Source: Eledone cirrhosa
Taxonomy: Eukaryota
Length of the DNA: 64,000 nucleotides
Direction of reading: 5' to 3'
Assembly (NCBI GenBank): GCA_964016885.1
Contig: OZ024741.1
Span: 12,090,001-12,154,000, forward strand
A model generated the notes under the pieces. That model saw only the letters and a list, made by a program, of their open reading frames with translations, was not told where the DNA came from and made no database searches. Position numbers and translations under genes: made by a program. This document shows, piece by piece, positions 52,001-63,502 of the stretch (position 1 is its first letter; every line of letters starts with the position of its first letter).

Positions 52001-55000
52001 CAATACCATACCAATACCATCACCACTAACACCATCATCAGACATCAAAACCATACCAATACCACCAACACTAACACCACCATCGGAGACCAATACCATA
52101 CCAATACCATCACCACTAACACCACCATCAGACATCAACACCATACCAATACCACCACCACCACTAACACCACCATCGGAGACCAATACCATACCAATAC
52201 CATCACCACTAACACCACCATCAGACATCAACTCCATACCAATACCACCACCACTAACACCACCATCAGAGACCAATACCATACGAATACCACCACAACT
52301 AACACCACCATTGGAGACCAATACCATACCAATACCATCACCACTAACAGCTCCATCAGAGACCAATACCATACCAATACCAACAACACTAACACCACCA
52401 TCAGACATCAATACCATACAATTACCACCACTAACACCATCATCAGACATCAATACTATACAAATACCACCACTAACACCACCACCAGACATAAATACCA
52501 TACCAATACCACAACCACTAACACCACCATCAGACACCAATACCATACCAGACCACCACCACTAACACCACCATCAGACATCAATACCAAACGAATACCA
52601 CAACTACTAACACCACCACCAGACAGAAATACCATACCAATACCACCACCATTAATACCACCACCAGACATCAATACCAAACCAATACCACATCCACTAA
52701 CACCACCACCAGACATCAATACCATACCAATACCTCCACCATCAGACATCAATACCCTTACCAATACCACCACCACTAACTCCACCATCAGACACCAGTA
52801 CCATACCAATACCATCACCACTAACACCACCACCAGACATAAATACCATACCAATACCACCACCACTAACACCACCATCAGACATCAATACCATACCAAT
52901 ACCACCACCACTAACACCACCATCAGACACCAATACCATACCAATACCTTCACCACTAACACCACCATCAGACATCAATACCATACCAATACCATCACCA
53001 CTAACACCACCATCAGACACCAATACCATACCAATACCTTCACCACTAACACCACCATCAGACATCAATACCATACCAATACCACCACCACTAACACCAC
53101 CATCAGACATCAATACCATACCAATACCACCACCACTAACACCACCATCAGACACCAATACCATACCAATACCTTCACCACTAACACCACCATCAGACAT
53201 CAATACCATACCAATACCATCACCACTAACACCACCATCAGACATCAATACCATACCAATACCTTCACCACTAACACCACCATCAGACATCAATACCATA
53301 CCAATACCACCACTACTAACACCATCATCAGACATCAATACCATACCAATACCATCACCACTAACTCCACCATCAGACAACAATACCATACCAATAACAT
53401 CACCACTAACACCACCATCAGACATCAATACCATACCAATACCATCACCACTAACACCACCATCAGACACCAATACCATACCAATACCATCACCATTAAC
53501 AGCTCCATCAGAGACCAATACCATACCAATACCACCACCACTAACACCACCATCAGACATCAATACCATGCCAATACCCCCACTTACACCATCATCAGAC
53601 ATCAATACCATACCAATACCACCACCACTAACACCACCATCAGACATCAATACCATACCAATACCATCACCACTAACACCACCATCAGACATCAATACCA
53701 TACCAATACCACCACTAACACCATGATCAGACATCAATACCATACCAATACCACCACCACTAACACCACCATCAGACATCAATACCATACCAATACCACC
53801 ACTAACACCATCATCAGACATCAATACCATACCAATACCATCACCAGTAACACCACCATCAGACATCAATACCATACCAATACCACCACTAACACCATCA
53901 TCAGACATCAATACCATAGCAATACCACCGCCACTAACACCACCATCAGACATCAATACCATACCAATGCAACCACCATCAACACCACCATCAGACATCA
54001 ATACCATACCAATACCATCACCACTAACACCACCATCAGACATCAATACCATACCAATACCACCACCACTAATACCACCATCAGACATCAATACCATACC
54101 AATACCATCACCACTAACACCATCATCAGTCATCAATACCATACCAATACCACCACCACTAACACCACCATCAGACATCAATACCATACCAATACCACCA
54201 CCACTAACACCACCATCGGAGATCAATACCATACCAATACCATCACCACTAACAGCACCATCAGACATCAATACCATACCAAAACCATCACCACTAACAC
54301 CACCATCAGACATCAATACCATACCAATACCACCACCACTAACACCACCATCGGAGACCAATACCATACCAATACCACCACAACTAACACCACCATCAGA
54401 CATCAATACCATACCAATACCACCACAACTAATACCACCATCAGACATCAATACCATACCAATACCACCACCACTAACACCACCATCAGACATCAATACC
54501 ATACCAATACCACCACCACTAACACCACCATCAGACATCAACACCATACCAATAACACCACCACTAACACCACCATCAGAGACCAATACCATACCAATAC
54601 CACCACCACTAACACCACCATCAGACATCAATACCATACCAATACCACCATTAACACCATCATCAGACATCAATACCATACCAATACCATCACCACTAAC
54701 ACCACCATCAGACATCAATACCATACCAATACCACCATTAACACCATCATCAGTCATCAATACCATACCATTACCTCCACCACTAACACCAACATCAGAC
54801 ATCAATACCATACCAATACCATCACCACTGACACCACCATCAGACATCAATTCTATACCAATACCATCACCACTAACACCACCATCAGAGATCAATACTA
54901 TACCAATACCACCAGCACTAACACCACCATCGGAGACCAATACTATACCAATACCACCACCACTAACACCACAATTAGAGACCAATACAATACCAATACC

Positions 55001-58000
55001 ACCACCACTAACACCACCATCAGAGACCAATACCATACCAATACCACCACCACTAACACAACCATCAGAGACCAATACCATACCAATACCAGCACAACTA
55101 TCACCACCCTCAGAGACCAATACCATGCCAATGCCATCACCCCTAACACCACCATCAGACATCAATACCATACCAATACCATCACCACTAACACCACCAT
55201 AAGACACCAATACCATACCAATACCACCACCACTAACACTAACATCAGACAACAATACCATACCAATACCATCACCACTAACACCACCATAAGACACCAA
55301 TACCATACCAATACCATCACCACTTACAGCTCCATCAGAGACCAATACCATACCAATACCTCCACCACTAACACCACCATCAGACATCAATACCGTACCA
55401 AACCACCACTAACACCATCATCAGACATCAATACCATACCAATACCTCCACCACTAACACCACCATCAGACATCAATACAATACCAATACCACCACTAAC
55501 ACCATGATCAGACATCAATACCATACCAATACCACCACCACTAACACCACCATCAGACATCAATACCATACCAATACCACCACTAACACCATCATCAGAC
55601 ATCAATACCATACCAATACCATCACCAGTAACACCACCATCAGACATCAATACCATACCAATACCACCACTAACACCATCATCAGACATCAATACCATAG
55701 CAATACCACCGCCACTAACACCACCATCAGACATCAATACCATACCAATGCAACCACCATCAACACCACCATCAGACATCAACACCATACCAATACCACC
55801 ACCACCACTAACACCACCATCGGAGACCAATACCATACCAATACCATCACCACTAACACCACCATCAGACATCAACACCATACCAATACCACCACCACTA
55901 ACACCACCATCAGAGACCAATACCATACCAATACCACCACCACTAACACCACCATTGGAGACCAATACCATACCAATACCATCACCACTAACAGCTCCAT
56001 CAGAGACCAATACCATACCAATACCAACAACACTAACACCACCATCAGACATCAATACCATACCATTACCACCACTAACACCATCATCAGACATCAATAC
56101 CATACCAATACCACCACCACGAACACCACCATCAGACATCAATCCCATACCAACACCACCACTAACACCATCATCAGACATCAATACCATACCAAAACCA
56201 CCACTAACACCATCATCAGACATCAATACTATACCAATACCTCCACCACTAACAGCACCATCAGACATCAATACCATACCAATATCACCACTAACACCAC
56301 CATCAAACATGAATACCATACCAATACCATCACCACTAACACCACCATCAGACATCAATACCATACCAATACCATCACCACTAACACCACCATCAGACAT
56401 CAATACCATACCAATACCATCACCACTAACACCACCATCAGACTTCAATACCATACCAATACCATCACCACTAACACCACCATCAAACGTCAATACTATA
56501 CCAATACCATAACCACTAACACCACCATGAGAGACCAATACCATACCAATACCACCACCACTAACACCACCATCAGACATCAATACTATACCAATACCAC
56601 AACCATTAATACCACCATCAGATATCAATACCATACCAATACCACCACCACTAACAATACCATCAGAGATCAATACTATACCAATACCACCACCACTAAC
56701 ACCACCATCAGAGACCAATACCAAACCAATACCACCACCACTAACACCACCACAGAGACCAATACCATACCAATACCACCAACACTAACACCACCATCAG
56801 AGACCAATACCATCACCCCTAACACCACCATCAGACAACATTACCATACCAATATACCAATACCACCACCACTAACACAACCATCAGACATCGATACCAT
56901 ACCAATACCACCACCACTAACACCACCATCAGACATCAATACCATACGAATACCACCACCACCACTAACACCAACATCAGACATCAATACCATACCAATA
57001 CCACCACCACTGACACCACCATCAGACATCAATACCATACCAATACCACCATCACTACCACCACCATCAGAGACCAATTCCATACCAATACCACCACCAC
57101 TAACACCACCATCAGACATCAATACCATACCAATACCACCACCACAAACACCACCATCACAGACCAATACCATACCAATACCACCACCACTAACACCACC
57201 ATCGGAGACAAATACCATACCAATACCACCAACAATAACACCACCATCATTCATCAATACCATACCAATACCACCAACAATAACACCACCATCAGTCATC
57301 AATACCATACCAATACCACCACCACTAACACCACCATCGGGGACCAATACCATACCAATACCATCACCACTAACACCACCATCAGACATCAATACCATAC
57401 CAATACCACCACCACTAACACCACCATAAGACACCAATACCATACCAATACCATCACCACTAACACCTCCATCAGCGACCAATACCATACCATTACCATC
57501 ACCACACCATCAGACATGAATAACATGCCAATACCACTACCACTAACACCACCATCAGACACCAATACCATACCATTACCATCACCACATTATAAGACAC
57601 CAATACCATACCAATACAACCACAACCACCATCAGACACCAATACCATACCAATACCACCACCACCACCATCAGACATCAATACCATACCAATACCATCA
57701 CCACTAACACCACCATCGGAGACCAATACCATACCAATACCATCACCACTAACACCACCATCAGACATCAACACCATACCAATACGACCACCACCAACAC
57801 TACCACAGAGACCAATACCATACCAATACCATCACCACACCATCAGACATGAATAACATGCCAATACCACTACCACTAACACCACCATCAGACACCAATA
57901 CCATACCATTACCATCACCACATTATAAGACACCAATACCATACCAATACAACCACAACCACCATCAGACACCAATACCATACCAATACCACCACCACCA

Positions 58001-58740
58001 CCATCAGACATCAATACCATACCAATACCATCACCACTAACACCACCATCAGAGACCAATACCATACCAATACCTCCACCACTAACACCACCATCAGACA
58101 TCAATACCATACCAATATCACCACCACTAACACCACCATCAGACATCACTACCGTACCAATACCATCACCACTAATACCACCATCACAGACCAATACCAT
58201 ACCAATACCACCACCACTAACACCACCATCAGACATCAATACCATACCAATATCACCACCACTAACATCACCATCAGAGACCAATACCATACCAATACCA
58301 TCACAACTAATACCACCATCAGAGACCAATACCATACCAATACCACCACCACTAACCCCACCATCAGAGACCAATAACATGCCAATACCATGCCAATACC
58401 AATACCATCAGAACTAACACCACCATCAGACATCAATACCATACCAATACCATCACCACTAACATCACCATCAGAGACCAATACCATACCAATATCACCA
58501 CCACTAACACCACCATCAGACATCAATACCATACCAATACCATCACCACTAACACCACCATCAGACATCAATACCATACCAATACCACCACCACTAACCC
58601 CACCATCAGACATCAATACCATACCAATACCATCACCACTAACACCACCATCAGACACCAATACCATACCAATACCACCACCACTAACCCCACCATCAGA
58701 GACCAATAACATGCCAATACCATACCAATACCAACACCAA
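49020..58740. repeat. Degenerate edge of the satellite with 42-bp, 34-bp and 56-bp variant monomers and local duplications
   Basis: Frequent phase shifts and private substitutions. Markers CCATGATCAG (~51,308, 53,722, 55,503) and AATGCAACC (~51,552, 53,966, 55,747) recur at offsets 2,414 and 1,781. A 333-bp-offset duplication lies at ~57,477-57,741 / 57,810-58,074. Confidence 0.9.
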
Positions 58741-58851
58741 CACTAATAACACCACCAACCCAAACACCATCCAAGCTACCAACATCCCCACCATCACTAC
58801 CACCACACGAAGAACAGCACCAACACCAACAACACCATCACCATGACCACT
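58741..58851. repeat. Low-complexity ACC/AAC-rich tail of the satellite
   Basis: The 45-bp period is lost but the C/A-rich triplet composition continues up to ...CCATGACCACT. Confidence 0.8.
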
Positions 58852-59145
58852 AGTGGTGGTTGTGGTGTTGATGGTAGTCGTAGTGGTGGTGGTAATGGTA
58901 GTAGTGTTGGTGCCGGTACTGGTGCTGGTGGTAGTCGTAGTGGTGGTAGTGGTGGTGGTGGTGGTGGTGGTGGTGGTGGTGGTGGTGGTGGTGGTGGTGG
59001 TGATGGTGGTGTTGGTAGTGGTGGTGGCCTTGGTGCTGGTGGTACTGTTTTTAATACTGTTGTTTGGGTGGTGGTAGTTGTGGGTGGTGATGGTGCTGGT
59101 GGCAGTGGTGGTGGTGATGGTGGTGGTGGTGGTGGTGGTGGGGTG
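58852..59145 (+). repeat. Imperfect (GGT)n microsatellite with a pure (GGT)17 core at 58,951-59,001; opposite polarity to the satellite
   Basis: Direct reading: AGTGGTGGTTGTGGTGTTGATGGT...(GGT)n. Confidence 0.95.
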
Positions 59146-59167
59146 TTATCGGGGAGTGTGTGTTGGG

Positions 59168-60774
59168 GTGACGGTGTGACAGAGATGTGACAGTGTGACG
59201 TTGAGGTGACAATATGACGTTGAGATGACAGTGTGACAGAGAGGTGACAGTGTGACAGAGAGGTGACAGCAGTGACAGAGAGATGACAGCAGTGACGACA
59301 GAGAGGTGACAGTGTGACAGTGAGGTGACAGCGGGACAGAGAGGTGACAGTGTGACGTTGAGGTGACAGCAGTGTAACAGAGAGGTGACAGTGTGACAGA
59401 GAGGTGACATTGTGACAGAAAGGTGACAGTGTGACAGATTGCTACATTGTGACAGATTGTCACAGTGACAGAGAGTTGACAGTAGTGACAGAGAGGTAAC
59501 AGCAGTGTGACTGAGAGGTGATAGTGTGACTGAGAGGTGACAGTGTGACAGAAAGCTGACAGTGTGACAGAGATGTGACAGTGTGACAGAGTGGTGACAG
59601 TGTGACAGAGAGGTGACAGCTGTGTGACAAAGAGGTGAAAATGTGACAGAGAGGTGACAGCTGTGTGACAAAGAGGTGAAAGTGTGACAGAGAGGTGACA
59701 GTGTGACAGAGATGTAACAGTGTGACAGAGAGGTGGCAGTGTGACAGAGGGGTGACAGTGTGACAGAGAAGTGACATCAGTGACAGAGAGGTGACAGCAG
59801 TGACAGAGATGTGACAGTGTGACAGAAAGGTGACAGCAGTGACAGAGAGGTGAGAGCAGTGACAGAGAGGTGACAGTGTGACAGAGAGGTGACAGCAGTG
59901 ACAGAGAGGTGACAGTGTGACAGAGAGGTGACAGCAGTGACAGAGAGGTGACAGCAGTGACAGAGAGGTGACAGCTGTGTGACAGATAGGTGACAGTGTG
60001 ACAGAGAGGTGACAGCAGTGACAGAGAGGTGACATCAGTGACAGAGAGGTGACAGCAGTGACAGAGAGGTGACAGCAGTGACAGAGAGGTGACAGTGTGA
60101 CAGAGAGGTGACAGCAGTGACAGAGAGGTGACAGCAGTGACAGAGAGGTGACAGCAGTGACAGAGAGGTGTCAGTGTGACAGAGAGGTGACAGCAGTGAC
60201 AGAGAGGTGACAGTGTGACAGAGAGGTGACAGTGTGACAGAGAGGTGACAGCAGTGACAGAGAGGTGACAGCAGTGACAGAGAGGTGACAGTGTGACAGA
60301 GAGGTGACAGTGTGCAGAGATGTGACAGTGTAACAGAGAGGTGACAGTGTAACAGAGAGGTGACAGCAGTGACAGAGAGGTGACAGTGTGGCAGATGGTG
60401 TCAGTGTGACAGAGAGGTGACAGCAGTGACAGAGAGGTGACAGTGTGACAGAGAGGTGACAGTGTGACAGAGAGGTGACAGCAGTGACAGAGAGGTGATA
60501 GTGTGACAGAGAGGTGACAGTGTGGCAGATGGTGTCAGTGTGACAGAGATGTGACAGCAGTGACAGAGAGGTGATAGTGTGACAGAGAGGTGACAGTGTG
60601 GCAGATGGTGTCAGTGTGACAGAGATGTGACAGCAGTGACAGAGAGGTGACAGTGTGACAGAGAGGTGAGTGTGACAGAGATGTGACAGCAGTGACAGAG
60701 AGGTGTCAGTGTGACAGAGAGGTGACAGCAGTGACAGAGAGGTGACAGTGTGACAGAGTGGTGACAGTGTGACA
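59168..60774. repeat. GTGACA-based minisatellite with 19/20/22-bp units (GTGACAGAGAG + GTGACAGT / GTGACAGCA / GTGACAGCTGT)
   Basis: Alternating 11-bp and 8-11-bp subunits all begin GTGACA. The array is most regular at ~59,850-60,300 and more diverged at both ends. Confidence 0.95.
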
Positions 60775-60868
60775 TGATGTTTATAATCAGACATGTGATT
60801 GAACAAGGAACTTTGCGACTCAGCAATCATCGATACAACACCTCCACCTTCTTACCTCCCCTTATTGG

Positions 60869-60918
<50 letters not shown>

Positions 60919-61107
60919 ATACCACTACTACTATTACTACCACCACCACTACTACTACCAATACTACAACCACCACAACCACCACTACTACTATTACCAC
61001 CACTACTACCACCACCACTACCACTACCACCACCACTACTACTACTACTACCACCACCACCACTACCACCACAACTACCTCCACCACCACCACCACTACC
61101 ACCACCT
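60869..61107. repeat. Compound microsatellite: (TAC)n followed by mixed (ACC/ACT)n
   Basis: Pure TAC run at ~60,869-60,918, then interleaved ACC/ACT triplets. This accounts for the poly-T/L/P/V ORFs. Confidence 0.95.
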
Positions 61108-61146
61108 CACTATCTCACTGGGGACACTACCTTCAATATTCAGTAA

Positions 61147-61359
61147 CTGGTGGATTGGCAGTATCGGTAAAGGGTCGGACGTCATGCTTTGCAGCATAGA
61201 GTTACGGCCTTTTATGATCTGAGTTTAAATCCCGCCGAGATTAACTTTACCTTTCATCCTCACGGGGTCGATAAAATAAAGTACCAGTCACGCACTGGAG
61301 TCGATTTAATCGACTTTCCCCTCCCCGCAAATTGCTGGCCTTGTACCTATATAATAAAC
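61147..61359 (+). mobile_element. tRNA-derived SINE (~213 bp) with a 13-bp target-site duplication; octopus OK/OR-type, Deu/Nin-like core
   Basis: Seen: exact flanking direct repeat CAATATTCAGTAA at 61,134-61,146 and 61,360-61,372; A-box-like TGGCAGTATCGG (61,156-61,167); B-box-like GAGTTTAAATCCC (61,221-61,233); A/T-rich 3' end. Recalled, not searched: the central CCTTTCATCCTCACGGGGTCGATAAAATAAAGTACCAG resembles the Deu/Nin SINE core and octopus SINE consensus. Confidence 0.85.
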
Positions 61360-62960
61360 CAATATTCAGTAAGTGGGTCTTAATCTGGACCGTAGGGTTG
61401 TTGATACCGCCGCCATACCAGGACAACATTCTCGCTGAAGTTGTCAACTTCAGAACAGCTATGGAAAAGAACCTTTACAAAAGACCAGTTATCTTTCAGT
61501 CCCTAAAACCTATATTGTCCAGCTCCTGCATCAACCAAGAAACACAGCTCCACCTGTATGTGTTAATTATTGGGCCAATGGCGAGTTATGCTTGTGAGAT
61601 ATGTTAAAATTACCAGTAGAATTTGTCCGCGTGATGCAGCCAAAATACCGCCCTTGGCATAAAGCCCACCTCTTTCTCCACTTCCCCCTTTTCTTCCATG
61701 GTTTAATAGTCCTTGCAGTTTCCACCCTTTTCTTCTCATTTATGGCATTTACAGTCCTTTCCTCTACTTCCCTATACAGCCAGATATTCCTTTAGGAGAG
61801 ATGGTCACCAATTTTAGAAGGCTGCTTTGTTTTATGATTTAGTGGGGAGTTCGTTTCCATAGCTTGGCTGCTAGGACATCACTTCTATTTGTTGTTAGGT
61901 GTAGGTAAACAATTAAGCAAAAAGAACATACCTCGAGATTATATGTACATGAGCATTTTAATCAGAGCAATAAACAAAACAGGTTATCATATCAGTTGCT
62001 CGCATCAACACACCAAGTTGAAAAGAGTGTGTATTCAGCTACTGACGTCAGGACGTGACATCAGAATCGACTGCCTCCAAAGTCAAAGCTAGGTGGCGTG
62101 ATCTTCTACATGCCCTTCTTTTCTCCTCCACCTCTTTTTTCCATTACTTAATTTTGTTTTATCTTTTTATTTCATATTTCTATGATTGTATAACTTCTGT
62201 AAAATATAGTTCACATAATATGTTTATAACAGATAAAATATTTCCACCATTGTATAACTTTTGTAAAATATAGTTGAGAATATATGGAATAAGATATGTC
62301 TTCCACAGATGTTTCATTAGGACCATACTAACGATGTTTTGGCGTGACCATATCACATGTTCCACCTGACATGTTCCAGCTGAGAAATCTACAGGATAGC
62401 ATCAATGTACGACGTGGAAGATGTTTGGCTGTGTGCTACTCACCTTAACGAAGAGACCAATAAGGGCTTCCCTTAAATGGAAGCAAGAAGGGGAAAGGCA
62501 AGTCCGTCAAACCTTGTTGAGTTATGTGGAAAAAGACGTAGTAGATATGAAGCAGCCACATGATAGTTCCTTCCCCAACAATCAATTTGTAAGTACAGAA
62601 TCCTTCAAACTTCCCACTTAGACATCCCGCCTCTGTGAGGCAATATGTTGAGAGACCCTATTCTCACTACATCATATTAAAAGTAATTATAGGGGTCTCA
62701 CTACGGATATAAATAACATACGCACTCATTGAGATAGAAAATCATAGAGAATTGCACTATTTAACCCAACTAGTTTGGGAACTAAGGAACGGTAAAACTG
62801 AAGGTGTCCCGCTAACTAGGGATGCTGTGGAAAGAACCACGCTATAGACCAACGATTCTGTAAATAGTAGACTATGCTTCAATGAGAAATTCCAGATCCT
62901 GAAATAGTTCTAAATATCACTGAAGATCTGAAATATTTTATTTCTCTCTCGGCGCCAATA

Positions 62961-62964
<4 letters not shown>

Positions 62965-63046
<82 letters not shown>
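62965..63046. repeat. (TA)n microsatellite, about 41 units
   Basis: Uninterrupted TA run. Confidence 0.98.
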
Positions 63047-63047
<1 letters not shown>

Positions 63048-63502
63048 TAGCAGCAGTACCCAGCGTTGCCTGGGTAGGTAAAATAATATCTGCTTTGATG
63101 AAAAGGTGTTGATCTTAGCGACTGCTTCTCGATGACTGATCTATGGCCACACACAGGCCATGCGGAGGAGGGTGGTGATGACCTCTATCACTGAGAAACG
63201 CGGGTGACTGACGAAGGGGCATGCTGGGGGAAGGAGGTAATGACCTCTAACACTAAGCCAAATTTCCTCACGCTACTTGATTGGAAACCGATGAATTCTC
63301 AAATACACAACTACAAGCTCAGACGACGTCAGTGGCCATCGTTTTGCCTTTGACCATTACACCAACACATCACCCATCTCCTTCCATTCAAATTAGAAGC
63401 TACATTCTTAGCGAGTATAAATGACAAGTAAGTATGTTTTGAAACAGTGAGCAGGTTTGAAATTAGAAAATAGAATAGCTTTATATATATATAGTATAAA
63501 GA
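63047..63502 (-). mobile_element. Probable non-autonomous Helitron; 3' terminus at 63,047, 5' boundary uncertain
   Basis: The minus strand reads TACCCAG-GCAACG-CTGGGTA (7-bp-stem hairpin, 63,057-63,076), then CTGCTG, then CTAG, then T. This is the canonical Helitron 3' hairpin + CTRR + T target arrangement. No clean 5' TC end was found; the right coordinate is a guess near the AT-rich run at 63,481-63,502. Confidence 0.6.

Larger units (their letters stand above)
1..58740. repeat. 45-bp tandem satellite array (CCA-rich on + strand), truncated by the left window edge
   Basis: Consensus CCA ATA CCA CCA CCA CTA ACA CCA CCA TCA GAC ATC AAT ACC ATA repeats head-to-tail in one orientation. Text lines return to the same phase every 180 bp (4x45) in the homogeneous blocks. 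The ORF track shows 15-aa periodicity (PIPPPLTPPSDINTI / MVLMSDGGVSGGGIG). Consensus composition is 19 C, 19 A, 6 T, 1 G. Confidence 0.99.

Noticed and set aside
1-58740. CRISPR array or DGR-like variable cassette system
   Set aside because: Monomers are contiguous with no unique spacers, there are no cas or reverse transcriptase genes, and the context is eukaryotic (SINE, microsatellites).
1-58740. Canonical telomere repeat
   Set aside because: CCACTAA resembles CCCTAA/CCTAA but occurs once per 45 bp; there are no tandem TTAGGG or TTAGG runs.
58843-61199. Poly-Gly, poly-Val, Cys/His-rich 'metallothionein/zinc-finger-like' and poly-Thr ORFs
   Set aside because: They are direct translations of the GGT, GTGACA and TAC/ACC repeats in several overlapping frames.
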